This document shows positions 16,859-27,092 of a stretch of 64,000 bases of DNA, one piece after another. The stretch's first letter is position 1, and each line of letters begins with the position of its first letter. Position numbers and translations under genes: made by a program. The DNA comes from Spirochaetaceae bacterium. Lineage in GTDB: Bacteria > Spirochaetota > Spirochaetia > DSM-27196 > SLAA01. Under the pieces are notes generated by a model. The model was not told the origin of the DNA, searched no databases, and saw only the letters and a list, made by a program, of their open reading frames with translations. The stretch covers positions 6,350-70,349 of the forward strand of contig PUPD01000252.1 of assembly GCA_003552985.1 (NCBI GenBank), read 5' to 3'.

Positions 16859-19800
16859 ATGTACGTTGGTCGCTTGAAAATCGCCTTTGTGAGCATTCTC
16901 ATGGGACTGCTATTTGTGACGGCAGTCGCCGGCGAATACAATCCGCCCGACGGGGGCGAGGATCTCTATCAGTTGCTTGGTCCGCGGCAGTTGTCGCGTG
17001 GGTTCAGCGTAACGAGCCTGGCCGTACCGAGCGCCCATAGCATGAATCCGGCGGCGGCAGGGTTGCTGCAGCGGACAACGTTGGACGCATCGTATACCGG
17101 AATTAGCGGCTTCGGAGATCGCGGCGATAAAAAAGGATGGCAAGGACATGTCGGCAATCTTGCGATCTCACACCCCAATCCCTACGGGGTGCTGACCGGC
17201 TCCGCCCATTTTGTTTCCAACCAACTGGATGCTATGAAGTGGGGCAACACCGGAATACTGCGCGGAAGCTTCGCAACCGAGCTCTACCCGGATTTTCTCG
17301 TCGGCGCCGGACTCTGGGCGGCTGCCGGAGGAGATCGCGACGACATGACCGGGGCGGTCGCCGCCGATCTGGGGATGATCTATCTGATGGGTGACCGCGG
17401 GCCGTTTCGGGACCTGCGGTGGGGAACCGCGCTCAAGAATATCGGAAGCTTCTACCGGCCGGTGTCAGGGCGCGGCGGAATGCCCGGGCCGTTCACGCCG
17501 GCCACCGGGTTCGGTTTTTCGGTGCTCCGGACGGAAAACCTAACCTGGGATGCGAATTTCGACCTTAGCGCGCCGAGCTTTCAAAACCTGCGGCTCAACC
17601 TTGGAACCGGTCTCGAAATTGGTGAGCGCGTCGGTCTGTCGATGGGGTATCAGATCGATCTTCAACAGGTGCTAAACTCCGACCGCGTAGAGCAGCGTAG
17701 CCCGCTCCCGAGCTTCGGAGTCAGCGTGCGTCTGGTTCCGGGAGCCGACCCGCCTGAGCCGGGCTCACGACGGGCCGGCGAGGTGGATATGCAAAGCGGT
17801 AGCGCGGCCCTGTATGGCGACACCTGGGGTTTCTCGACCGGGGTCACGGTACCGCTCGGCGGTCTGGATGCCGCAGGTCCGGTGATCGAGACCGATTACC
17901 GGGAGCCGGTCTATATCTCGCCGAACAACAGCGGCGTGCAGGATGATCTGCGCTTGAGACTAAGGATCACCGATGAGAGTGAGGTAGCGGGCTACAGGGT
18001 TGAGATTCGTAACGACGACGGCGAAATCGTGCGTACGCTGGGGCACATCGAGCCGCGACCTGAGCAGATGGATATTCGTGACGCCTGGCGGCGGCTGCGA
18101 ACGCCGCGAACCGGGATAACGGTGCCTGAAGAGCTGCGCTGGGACGGCCGCGGCGATGCCGGCGGCACGGTCGCCGACGGACGCTATACGCTGCAGATCG
18201 AAGCCTGGGACGAACACGATAACCGCAGTCGCGGTGAGGTCAAGGTTGTGCACGTCGACACAGAGCCGCCCGAGGTCACCGTTCAGGCGCCGCCGCGCGA
18301 GCGCCGGGTACTGCAGCTTGCCGATGACGGAGAGACCTACGAGTTCACGATCGAGCAAAGCGGCAGCGCTGAGGATCGCTGGGAGGCGCGTTTCGAGAAC
18401 GCAGCAGGCGAAACGGTACGCACCTATACCTGGACCGATAGCGGTCCCGAGACGATCGTGTGGGACGGTCGCGATCAGGACGCCGAACTTCTTCCGGACG
18501 GGGTGTACCGTTACGCGATCGAAAGCACCGACCGGGCCGGCAATGAAACCCGGGAACAGGTTGAATCGATTATCCTGAATACCACGCCGACCCCGGCCTC
18601 GCTCACGATCAATCACGCGCATTTCTCGCCGAACGACAACGGCAGGCGCGACACCGTCACTATCGGCATCGACCTTCCGGTGCGCACCGCGCTCGAGCGA
18701 TGGAGTCTTGAGATTTCCAACGAAGCAGGAGAGGTGGTCAGGCGGCATTCCGGGACCGACGAACTGCCGGAAGAGATTGTGTTCTACGGGCGCAACGACC
18801 GCGGCGAGTTGCTGCCGGAAGGTCGCTACCGGGCGACGCTGTCGGCGGAGTATCGCAACGGTCACCGTCCCACGGCACAGTCCCCCGCTATGATCCTGGA
18901 TCTGACTCCACCGCGGGCGACCGTGCGCAGCGAAACACCGGTGTTCTCCCCGGACGGCGACGGGGTGCTCGATACCGCGATGTTCTTTCAGGATACATCT
19001 CGCGAAGAGCTCTGGATAGGCCGGATCACAGACGAAGACGGGGAGACGATCCGCACGATGTCGTGGCGTGAAACTGCGCCGCTGCGCTTCGCCTGGGACG
19101 GGAAGAGAGACTCGGGCGAGCTTGCCGCCGACGGAGTCTACTATTATCAGTTGGAGTCAACCGACCGCGCGGGGAACCGCGGCAGCTCAAACCGCGTGGA
19201 AGTTCGGCTCGACACTGCCGAGACACCGGTGCTGCTGACGGCCGAGTACGACGCGTTCTCCCCAAACGCCAGCGGCGTTCGCGACACCATCGGATTGTTC
19301 CCGAAACTCGAACGCAATGCCGATATGGTGCGCTATGCCCTCGAGATAATAGATACAGAGAATGACACCGTGGTGCGACGCTTCAGCGGCGAAGAAAGCA
19401 TGAGCGAGCGCTACCGCTGGGACGGGCGAGATCGTGAAGGCCGAACCGCTGCCGACCGCATGTACAAAGCGCGACTAGAGATTCTCTACACCCACGGAAA
19501 CCTGGAAGAGGCGTTCACCGAGCCGTTCGAGCTGGATACGGTATACCCCGAAGCCACGGTGGAGATTCGGGATAAGCTGTTCTCTCCGGACGGTGACGGG
19601 TATAAGGACACCGTCCTGATCCGGCAGCGCTCCGACCGCGAGGAGGTCTGGGAGGGACGGATTGAGAATGCCGGCGGCGAGACGGTGTGGACCCGCTACT
19701 GGAACAACGAACTGGAAGACTTCGAATGGGACGGCACCGACGACGAAGGCAATTCCGTGCCCGACGGGTTTTACCGGTACGTCGTGGAAACCCGCGATCG

Positions 19801-20893
19801 TGCCGGGAACCATACCGAAGTCGCGATCGACGGCATCGAGATCGACACTCGACCGACGCCGGTATTCGTAACTACCGAATACTCCGGGTTCTCGCCGAAC
19901 GATAACGGTTTCAGAGATACCGTTGAGATCAATACCTTCACCAATCTCACCGACGGGGTGAAGGAGTGGTCGCTCGAGATCGAACACGAGGACCGCGGCG
20001 TGATACGGACCTACAGCGGCGAAAAGCTCGATGACAGCGAGAGTTTTGTCTGGGACGGCCGCTCGGAGGACGGTGAGGTTCACCAGGGTTGGTATCGAGC
20101 TCGATACAAGGTGGTGTATCACAAAGGCAACCGCCCGGAAGCGGAGACGTCACGCTTCCTACTCGACAGCGAAGCCCCTGATGTCACGGTGGATCTGGCC
20201 CCGGTTCCGTTTTCGCCCGACGCCGACGGGGTGGATGATGAGCTGTTTATCGCGATCGGGGTTGAGAATGCCAGTGATATCGCCTATTGGCAGTTCGATA
20301 TCCTCGACCGCAACCGGAACTTCTTCAACGAGTTCTCTGGGCGCGGAACGCCGCCGTCGGAGCTGATCTGGGACGGTCGAGCGATCGACGGTGACCTGGT
20401 GATCTCGGCCGAGGACTATCCGTACGAGCTCGAGGTGGTGGATGTGCTCGGAAACCGCACCAAGGTTGAAGGGGTAATCCCAGTCGACATCCTCGTAATC
20501 CGCGACGGAGATCGCTACCGTGTGGCGATCGCCAATATCACCTTCGGTCCTGATAGTCCTGAGTTGATCATCGACGAGACCGACGAGCAAGGAGTGAGGA
20601 ACCTCGCGATCCTAGATCGCCTGGTCGAGATTTTCGACCGCTACCGCGACTACGAAGTGGCGATCGAAGGCCACGCGGTGAATGTCACCGGCACCGAGCG
20701 TGAGGAGCGCGAGGAGTTGCAGCCGTTGTCGCTGGCGCGAGCCGAAGCGGTCAAGACCGAGCTTGTGGAGCGCGGACTGCGCTCAGACCGTTTTACGACC
20801 GAGGGGCGCGGCGGAACGATGCCGCTGGTGCCGCATGACGACCTGGAGGAGCGCTGGAAAAACCGGCGCGTTGAGTTTATACTTGACCGCTAA
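16859..20893 (+). CDS. Giant envelope protein: signal peptide + predicted beta-barrel-like N-domain + 8 Ig-like (FlgD-Ig-type) repeats + OmpA C-terminal peptidoglycan-binding domain
   Basis: The signal reads ILMGLLFVTAVAG. The N-domain (aa ~25-335) shows alternating amphipathic strands and an NPAAAG motif. The repeats follow the pattern FSP(D/N)GDGxxDT...W...I.d..G..vRt......WDGrd..G...pDG.Y. The C-terminus reads EVAIEGHAVNVTG...LSLARAEAVKTELVERG...GRGGTMP...NRRVEFIL (OmpA-C). Confidence 0.85.
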   Translation: MYVGRLKIAFVSILMGLLFVTAVAGEYNPPDGGEDLYQLLGPRQLSRGFSVTSLAVPSAHSMNPAAAGLLQRTTLDASYTGISGFGDRGDKKGWQGHVGNLAISHPNPYGVLTGSAHFVSNQLDAMKWGNTGILRGSFATELYPDFLVGAGLWAAAGGDRDDMTGAVAADLGMIYLMGDRGPFRDLRWGTALKNIGSFYRPVSGRGGMPGPFTPATGFGFSVLRTENLTWDANFDLSAPSFQNLRLNLGTGLEIGERVGLSMGYQIDLQQVLNSDRVEQRSPLPSFGVSVRLVPGADPPEPGSRRAGEVDMQSGSAALYGDTWGFSTGVTVPLGGLDAAGPVIETDYREPVYISPNNSGVQDDLRLRLRITDESEVAGYRVEIRNDDGEIVRTLGHIEPRPEQMDIRDAWRRLRTPRTGITVPEELRWDGRGDAGGTVADGRYTLQIEAWDEHDNRSRGEVKVVHVDTEPPEVTVQAPPRERRVLQLADDGETYEFTIEQSGSAEDRWEARFENAAGETVRTYTWTDSGPETIVWDGRDQDAELLPDGVYRYAIESTDRAGNETREQVESIILNTTPTPASLTINHAHFSPNDNGRRDTVTIGIDLPVRTALERWSLEISNEAGEVVRRHSGTDELPEEIVFYGRNDRGELLPEGRYRATLSAEYRNGHRPTAQSPAMILDLTPPRATVRSETPVFSPDGDGVLDTAMFFQDTSREELWIGRITDEDGETIRTMSWRETAPLRFAWDGKRDSGELAADGVYYYQLESTDRAGNRGSSNRVEVRLDTAETPVLLTAEYDAFSPNASGVRDTIGLFPKLERNADMVRYALEIIDTENDTVVRRFSGEESMSERYRWDGRDREGRTAADRMYKARLEILYTHGNLEEAFTEPFELDTVYPEATVEIRDKLFSPDGDGYKDTVLIRQRSDREEVWEGRIENAGGETVWTRYWNNELEDFEWDGTDDEGNSVPDGFYRYVVETRDRAGNHTEVAIDGIEIDTRPTPVFVTTEYSGFSPNDNGFRDTVEINTFTNLTDGVKEWSLEIEHEDRGVIRTYSGEKLDDSESFVWDGRSEDGEVHQGWYRARYKVVYHKGNRPEAETSRFLLDSEAPDVTVDLAPVPFSPDADGVDDELFIAIGVENASDIAYWQFDILDRNRNFFNEFSGRGTPPSELIWDGRAIDGDLVISAEDYPYELEVVDVLGNRTKVEGVIPVDILVIRDGDRYRVAIANITFGPDSPELIIDETDEQGVRNLAILDRLVEIFDRYRDYEVAIEGHAVNVTGTEREEREELQPLSLARAEAVKTELVERGLRSDRFTTEGRGGTMPLVPHDDLEERWKNRRVEFILDR
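17906..20473 (+). repeat. Eight ~105-aa Ig-like domain repeats inside the OmpA giant; the six central ones form a ~211-aa A/B super-repeat x3
   Basis: WDG (YG in one copy) landmarks fall at aa 428, 535, 643, 746, 854, 957, 1065 and 1171. Type A copies end in (S)T(R)DRAGN (aa 560, 771, 982). Type B copies end in Y..G(H/N) (aa 667, 880, 1090). Confidence 0.85.
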
Positions 20894-20919
20894 GAAAAGA
20901 AAAGCAGGATAATACCGGC

Positions 20920-21945
20920 ATGAAACGGGCTGTCACGATCATCGCATCAGTTGGGCTGTTCATCTGTTCGGCAACAGTCGCCGGTGGAGGATACCTATAC
21001 TATCTCTCTCTACCTCCGGACAGCTCTGATAGCGAGCCGGTGGCGTTTCGAGTGGAGGAGGGTGAGCCGGTCGCGCGGATCGCCTCCCGGTTGCAGGAGG
21101 AGGGGCTGCTACGCTCGGTTCTGCCGATACGGCTCCTTAGTCGGTTCAACGAGACCGAGGCAAGGTTTCAGCGCGGCAACTACGCGCTGCAGCGCGACAT
21201 GAGCGCGGTTGAGGTGCACCGCCGGCTTACCACCGGCAGCCAGGTGCTTACGCGAGTAACGATTCCTGAGGGGCGCAGCACGGGGCAGATTGCCCGCATT
21301 CTCGATCGCCATGGAATCGCCGGCGAAGAGGAGTTTCGGGCTGCCGTCGCCGACCCGGAGTTGGCACGGGAGCTTGGGATCCCGGCCGATAGTGCCGAGG
21401 GGTACCTGTTTCCGGACACATACCATTTCCCGGAGGAGTTTCCTGCCGAGCTGGTGGTTCGCACCATGGCCGCGACCTTCTTTCGCACGCTTGACCGGAT
21501 CGCGCCGGAACACCGACGGTTGGAGCCGCAAGAGCTGCACCGACGCGTTATCATGGCATCAATAATAGAGCGCGAGTATATCACCAAAGAGGAGGCGCCG
21601 CTGATCGCGTCGGTCTTCTATAATCGCCTGGAGGCGGGGATGCGTCTTGAGTCCTGCGCGACGGTAGTCTACGTAATGACCGAACAGCAGGGGCTGCCGC
21701 ATCCCGACCGTCTCTTTTACCGTGATCTCGAGCGGCAGTCGGATTACAACACCTACCTGCACGCCGGCCTGCCGCCCGGCCCAATCTCAACACCGGGTGC
21801 GGTTTCGCTGGATGCCGCGTTCAATCCGGCCACTACGGACTACTGGTTCTTTGTGTTGCGCGGTCCGAACGCTAAAGAGCATCACTTTTCCAGAACGTTT
21901 CAGGAGCACAATCAGGCCACGGTGTTGTATCTGCGTTCGCCCTAA
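20920..21945 (+). CDS. mltG: Endolytic murein transglycosylase MltG (YceG-like)
   Basis: It has an N-terminal TM anchor. EGYLFPDTYHF, ASIIEREY and YNTYLHAGLPPGPISTPG are conserved YceG motifs. Confidence 0.9.
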   Translation: MKRAVTIIASVGLFICSATVAGGGYLYYLSLPPDSSDSEPVAFRVEEGEPVARIASRLQEEGLLRSVLPIRLLSRFNETEARFQRGNYALQRDMSAVEVHRRLTTGSQVLTRVTIPEGRSTGQIARILDRHGIAGEEEFRAAVADPELARELGIPADSAEGYLFPDTYHFPEEFPAELVVRTMAATFFRTLDRIAPEHRRLEPQELHRRVIMASIIEREYITKEEAPLIASVFYNRLEAGMRLESCATVVYVMTEQQGLPHPDRLFYRDLERQSDYNTYLHAGLPPGPISTPGAVSLDAAFNPATTDYWFFVLRGPNAKEHHFSRTFQEHNQATVLYLRSP

Positions 21946-21951
21946 CTGACC

Positions 21952-23763
21952 ATGCGAATACCTGACAGCACGATCGAGGAGATCGAACGCCGCGTCGACA
22001 TCGTCAACCTGGTGTCACGGTTTGTAACGCTACAGCAGAAAGGGCAGCGATGGTTCGGGCTGTGTCCGTTTCACTCCGAGAAGACACCTTCCTTCTCGGT
22101 GAGCCCGGAGCGCAACGCCTTCTACTGCTTTGGCTGTCAAAAGGGTGGCTCGGTGTTCAGTTTCCTGATGGAGATTGAGGGGCTGAGCTTTCCCGAGGCG
22201 GTCGAGCAGCTGGCCCAAGAGGCGGGCGTGGATTTGCCCACGCAGGGAGACGCTCGGACCGATGACGGCGCAACCAAGCGGCGCGCGGCGCTCAAAGAGC
22301 TATACCAAAGGGTTTCAGGGAGCTTCCACTATATTCTCGAGAACTCACCGCAGGCGGAGGCGGCACGCGAGTACCTGGATCGGCGGCAGATCCCAACCGA
22401 GCTCCGCAAGCGTTTTGCAATCGGGTTCGCGCCGGACGCGCCGGGCTGGCTGCACGACTTTCTGCGCTCCAAGGGGTATTCGGATGCTTTTCTTGCCGAA
22501 ACGGGGTTGTTTACCCGTAGGAACCAGCGCCGCGCCTTGTTCCAGGGCCGGGTGGTGTTCCCGATCCGCTCGCCGCGGGGTGAGGTGGTAGCGTTTGGGG
22601 GCCGAGCGATCGATGGGCATGAGCCGAAGTATCTGAACTCTCCCGAATCGTCGCTCTTCAGCAAACGCGAGCTGTTGTTCGGCCTTGACCTCGCCAAAGA
22701 GCAGGCGCGGCGTGAGCGCAATATGTATCTGACCGAGGGTTACACCGATGTGCTTGCTTGCCATGCAGCGGTCGTCGAGAATGTGGTTGCGCCGCTTGGA
22801 ACGGCGCTGAGCGAGCATCACGTACGATTGCTGCGTCGCTATTGCGACACCGTTACGCTGGTGTTCGACAGCGACCGCGCCGGCGAGGAGGCCGTCAGAC
22901 GCGCTGCGGTACTGCTTGAAGCCGGCGAGCTGAAAACCATGGTCTGCGAGTTGCCTGAAGGGCGCGATCCTGCGGATATTTTCGAAGCAAGTGGTAGCAA
23001 AGAATTAAAAAAAACGCTATCATGTGTCAAAGATGTATTCGCTTTCCTCGTTTCCCGGGCGCTTGGGCGTGCGGATATCAGCACTCCGGATGGCAAGGAG
23101 TTTGCCTTGACGGAGGTTTTTCCTTATATTGAAGCCGTACGGTCCGAGGTGAAGCGGGACGCATGTCTCAGACAGTTTGCTGATGCTCTGGGGGTTGATC
23201 CGCTGTCTATAGCACAGGATTATCGCCGCCGAGGGGCGCGGTCGTCACACCGGGAACGCGCTGGTGAGCAGCAAAGCGAAACTCACAGAAAAGACGTAGT
23301 TATAACGACTGATCTGTTCCTAATGTTGGCCGTTGTCGCAAGTCGTGGCCAGTTCGCAACTGTTAGGAGCATGCTCGATATCGATGACCTGGAAGACAGG
23401 AATGCTGTTGCGCTGTATACGGCTTTGGAAGAGACGTATCGACGTGGTGAGCGGGCGTTTGAGCTGTTGATCGACCGTATCGAGAATCCGGAGTTGCGCA
23501 GGGTAGTTATGGAGAAACTCGCATCCGACGAGTTCGCACTAAACCAGGAACGAGCGATCTATGACGCCGTGCTCAGTATTAAGGAGCGCAGCTACCGGCG
23601 TCAGCAACGTGAAATCGAATCACAGCTGCGGCGACTAGGCGCAGTTGCGGTCGCCGGAGATGATACCCAACATCAGATCGACGAGTTACTCGAGCAAAAG
23701 ATGTACCTGGATAAGGAGCTGAACAAGCTGAAGGTGCTCATCGATGACAGATTTACAGAATGA
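21952..23763 (+). CDS. dnaG: DNA primase
   Basis: The zinc finger reads [36 protein letters not shown]. The TOPRIM region includes EGYTDV...[11 protein letters not shown]. Confidence 0.95.
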   Translation: MRIPDSTIEEIERRVDIVNLVSRFVTLQQKGQRWFGLCPFHSEKTPSFSVSPERNAFYCFGCQKGGSVFSFLMEIEGLSFPEAVEQLAQEAGVDLPTQGDARTDDGATKRRAALKELYQRVSGSFHYILENSPQAEAAREYLDRRQIPTELRKRFAIGFAPDAPGWLHDFLRSKGYSDAFLAETGLFTRRNQRRALFQGRVVFPIRSPRGEVVAFGGRAIDGHEPKYLNSPESSLFSKRELLFGLDLAKEQARRERNMYLTEGYTDVLACHAAVVENVVAPLGTALSEHHVRLLRRYCDTVTLVFDSDRAGEEAVRRAAVLLEAGELKTMVCELPEGRDPADIFEASGSKELKKTLSCVKDVFAFLVSRALGRADISTPDGKEFALTEVFPYIEAVRSEVKRDACLRQFADALGVDPLSIAQDYRRRGARSSHRERAGEQQSETHRKDVVITTDLFLMLAVVASRGQFATVRSMLDIDDLEDRNAVALYTALEETYRRGERAFELLIDRIENPELRRVVMEKLASDEFALNQERAIYDAVLSIKERSYRRQQREIESQLRRLGAVAVAGDDTQHQIDELLEQKMYLDKELNKLKVLIDDRFTE

Positions 23764-25492
23764 TCCGGCGATTCTGAAGCTAATTGACTACGCAAAGAAT
23801 AAAAAGAATAGCATTAGCTATGACGAGGTGAGTGATTTTTTGCCTGATTCAATCGTAAACACCGAAAAGATCGAGGAAGTAATCGGTATTCTCGCCAAGC
23901 ACGACGTCTCCCTCGCGGAGGACGGCGCTGCGGCCGAGCCTGAGCCGGAGGAAGAAGAGCTTCCGGTTGAGCGTAAGGCAAGCAAGAAGAAACGGCTGGT
24001 GATGGGGGAAAAAGACAATCTCGTCGATGACCCCATACGCTTGTACCTGCGCGAGATAGGACGCGAGAACCTGTTGACCGCAGAACAAGAGGTCGAGCTG
24101 TCCAAGCGGATGGAAGAGGGCGAGACGATCATAAAGAACGTCATCAAGAACTCAGGGATGCTCGTTCCCGAGATGTACCACCTCGCCCAACGTGCCTTCT
24201 CGCGCAAGGATCCGCGAGAGATGAACCTCTCGAAGAAGGAAATCTCGGAGTTTCTGGCCGAACGGCGAAGATTGTCACAGTGCTATCGCGATGCGTTGCG
24301 GGATTCGGTTTCGGATCTCAAGGCGTATTTCGAGCAGAAGAACAAAATCATCGCAAAAGGCGGCGATGTTATTGAAGACAACACCTTGCGCAAGAAGCGC
24401 AAGGAGCTTAGCGGCAAGCTGCGTGATGTCGTGATCCATCCTGAGGAAATAATTTCGTTTTCGGACAAGTTTATTTCCGCCGCACGTGAGATTCGAAGGC
24501 ATCAAAAGGAACAGGCGCGGATAGAGAAGAGACTGCGGGTTTCGAATATGCGGGAACTGCGTAATCTCGGCCGAGGGCTTGCGATGACCTCTGAACGAAT
24601 GCGAATCGAGGAGGACCTCGGGCTCTCTGCCGACCAGATCAAGGACAAGATACGGCAGATTCAGACTACCGAGAAAAAGCTCAAGAATCTCGAGGTGGAG
24701 TTTGAGGATACGATCGATGATATCCTGGAGCAGTCCGAGGAGATCATCCGCGGTAAGACCATGATGCAGAACGCCAAGGATCGTCTGATCCAGGCCAATT
24801 TGCGGCTGGTGGTCAGTATCGCCAAGAAGTATACCAATCGCGGGCTGCATTTCTTCGATCTGGTGCAAGAAGGCAACATCGGCCTGATCAAAGCGGTCGA
24901 GAAGTTTGAGTACCGCAAGGGCTACAAGTTCTCCACCTATGCCACGTGGTGGATCCGCCAGGCGATCACCCGGTCGATCTCGGATCAGGCGCGCACCATT
25001 CGCGTTCCGGTCCATATGATCGAACAGATCAATAAGGTGGTGCGTGAATCTAGGCAGCTTATGCAGATGCTCGGCCGCGAACCGGTTGATGAGGAGATCG
25101 CTGAGCGCCTCGGATGGTCGGTGGCGCGCGTCAAATCGGTGAAGAACGTTGCTCGTGAGCCGATTTCGCTTGAGACGCCGATCGGAGAAGAGGAAGACTC
25201 GCTGCTCGGGGACTTCATCGAGGATAAGGACGTCGAAAATCCGGCACATCAGACTGCGTTCACCCTGCTGCAGGAGCAGCTTCGTGGTGTGCTGTCCTCG
25301 CTTCCTGAACGCGAGCAGGAAGTGTTGAAGATGCGGTTCGGTCTTGAAGACGGATATTCACTGACGCTCGAAGAGGTCGGCTTGTACTTCAACGTTACCC
25401 GCGAGCGAATCCGGCAGATCGAGGCGAAGGCTTTGCGGCGACTGCGACACCCGAAACGAAGTCGCAAGCTCAAAGACTATTTAGACCAGTAG
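23744..25492 (+). CDS. rpoD: RNA polymerase sigma factor RpoD (sigma-70)
   Basis: Region 2 reads [60 protein letters not shown] and region 4 reads [30 protein letters not shown]. It overlaps the dnaG end by 20 nt. Confidence 0.97.
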   Translation: MTDLQNDPAILKLIDYAKNKKNSISYDEVSDFLPDSIVNTEKIEEVIGILAKHDVSLAEDGAAAEPEPEEEELPVERKASKKKRLVMGEKDNLVDDPIRLYLREIGRENLLTAEQEVELSKRMEEGETIIKNVIKNSGMLVPEMYHLAQRAFSRKDPREMNLSKKEISEFLAERRRLSQCYRDALRDSVSDLKAYFEQKNKIIAKGGDVIEDNTLRKKRKELSGKLRDVVIHPEEIISFSDKFISAAREIRRHQKEQARIEKRLRVSNMRELRNLGRGLAMTSERMRIEEDLGLSADQIKDKIRQIQTTEKKLKNLEVEFEDTIDDILEQSEEIIRGKTMMQNAKDRLIQANLRLVVSIAKKYTNRGLHFFDLVQEGNIGLIKAVEKFEYRKGYKFSTYATWWIRQAITRSISDQARTIRVPVHMIEQINKVVRESRQLMQMLGREPVDEEIAERLGWSVARVKSVKNVAREPISLETPIGEEEDSLLGDFIEDKDVENPAHQTAFTLLQEQLRGVLSSLPEREQEVLKMRFGLEDGYSLTLEEVGLYFNVTRERIRQIEAKALRRLRHPKRSRKLKDYLDQ

Positions 25493-25513
25493 AGGAACAG
25501 GAGACCGCCGACC

Positions 25514-26557
25514 ATGATCAATGACGTCATCGACAAACTGCGCACGCTGCAGGATGTCCTATCTCAGAAGTTCGCAATCGAGGCCGAGATTCGGGATCTG
25601 CCCAAATCCCTCGCAACTAAAACCGAGCTTCTGAACCGTCTGAAAAAGACCTACATCGAGAACAATGATAAGTACGAAGCGCTGCGCAAGAAGATAACCG
25701 ACCTCAGGCTTCGGCTCGAAGAAGCCGAACGAGAGCGCGAGAGCTGCGAAAAGCGCATGGATCTCATCAAGACTCAGCGTGAGTACGAGGCGCTCGACAA
25801 GGAGATCCGTGAAGCCGGCGAGCGCGAACAGGAATTACGCAAAGACCTGCAGCGGGAAGAGAAGAACCTTCAGGAGATGGCCCACTCTCTCGAGCGTGAA
25901 GAGACGATGATACAGCAGCAAGAGGCTGAGCTCGCTGAAGAGCAGAGCAAGATCAAGGACGAAACCGAAGCAAAGCAGGAGCAGCTCAAGCAGCTCGAGT
26001 CGCAGGAGGAGGAGCTTGTGCCCAACCTGGACCCGGAGCTTCTGTTCAAGTTTGAGCGCATTATCCGCAGCAAGGAAGGCGAAGGGATCGTGTCGCTGCG
26101 CAAAGGCGTTTGCACGGGTTGTCAGATGATTCTGCCCAACCAGTTCGTCAACGAGGTTCGCGAGGGGTCGAGTATCAAGTTCTGCCCGTACTGCAGCAAG
26201 ATCGTGTTCTATCTCGGTGACGAAGAGTTGCCAACACCTGAGGACGATTCCGAAGGTCTGGTCGACCTGATCGGGGGGCTCAGCGATTTCGATGAGGATG
26301 AAGATCTTGATGACGAGCACCTTCTCGAGGATGATGTTGAGGAGCATTCGGACGAGGTGCTTGATGACGTAGAGAAGGGCGTTCTCGACGAGGAGCCTCT
26401 GGATCTCAACGAGACTGATGAGGACGATCTCGGTGAGGACGAGGACGCTGATCTCGAGGAAGACGAGGATGACATCGACGACGATGATCTCGAGGATGAA
26501 GACGAGGAAGAGGACGAAGACGAGGAAAGCGACTATGACCAAGACGAGCTCGAGTAG
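25514..26557 (+). CDS. Coiled-coil + C4 zinc-ribbon protein (COG1579/DUF164, HP0958-like) with a ~114-aa poly-acidic tail
   Basis: There is a ~190-aa heptad-rich coiled coil, followed by CTGCQMILPNQ...FCPYCSKIVF. From aa ~234 onward the sequence is almost pure D/E/L (DEDEDLDDEHLLEDD...EDEDEEEDEDEESDYDQDELE). Confidence 0.75.
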   Translation: MINDVIDKLRTLQDVLSQKFAIEAEIRDLPKSLATKTELLNRLKKTYIENNDKYEALRKKITDLRLRLEEAERERESCEKRMDLIKTQREYEALDKEIREAGEREQELRKDLQREEKNLQEMAHSLEREETMIQQQEAELAEEQSKIKDETEAKQEQLKQLESQEEELVPNLDPELLFKFERIIRSKEGEGIVSLRKGVCTGCQMILPNQFVNEVREGSSIKFCPYCSKIVFYLGDEELPTPEDDSEGLVDLIGGLSDFDEDEDLDDEHLLEDDVEEHSDEVLDDVEKGVLDEEPLDLNETDEDDLGEDEDADLEEDEDDIDDDDLEDEDEEEDEDEESDYDQDELE

Positions 26558-26584
26558 CTAGATGCAGTCCCCGCGTGGCCGGGG

Positions 26585-26944
26585 ACCGGCAGGTCGCGCT
26601 ACCGCCGGAGTGCAAGGCTTCGGAGGAAAGTCCGGGCTCCACAGAGCACGGTACCGGCTAATTTCCGGGCGTCCCTTCGGGGGCGACAGAAAGTGCCACA
26701 GAAACCATACCGCTCCGCACTGGTGGAGTAAGGGTGAAACGGTGGGGTAAGAGCCCACCGGTCCGCGGGTAACCGCGGGCGTCATGGCAAACCTTGCCGG
26801 GAGCAAGATCAAGCAGCAGAGGGGTTGCTCGCCTGTATCCTCTGCGGGTAGATCGCTTGAGGCGCACGGTGACGTGCGTCGTAGATGGATGGTGGCGGCG
26901 GTTTTCGGACCGTACAGAACCCGGCTTATAGACCTGCCGATCTC
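26585..26944 (+). ncRNA. rnpB: RNase P RNA, bacterial type A
   Basis: Conserved blocks are GGAGGAAAGTCCGGGCTCCACAG (P4 5' strand), ACAGAAAGTGCCACAGAAA, GGGTGAAACGGTGGGGTAAGAGCCCACC and ACAGAACCCGGCTTAT (P4 3' strand). P1 pairs cggcaggtc (26587-26595) with gacctgccg (26931-26939). The ends are approximate to +/-5 nt. Confidence 0.93.
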
Positions 26945-27092
26945 CGGCCGTCGCGTTTCGTATCCGATATCACCATTCTATATCGCCGTTTCTCTGCTAA
27001 TGCCCGCCGGCTGAAAACCTATGCCGGTGCCGCACCGACACCGGTAGATTGACTTTTTGTCCGAAAGATATTTTAATGGCGCCAGACTCGGC

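Noticed and set aside
24275-25249. 324-aa ORF antisense to rpoD
   Set aside because: It is the mirror frame of a highly conserved gene, with no start context and a composition typical of antisense translation (L/R/D-rich).
26558-27014. Five overlapping ORFs of 62-84 aa on both strands (26406-26642, 26558-26812, 26562-26750, 26658-26867, 26784-27014)
   Set aside because: They cover the RNase P RNA, whose conserved P4, J3/4 and L15 blocks are unambiguous.
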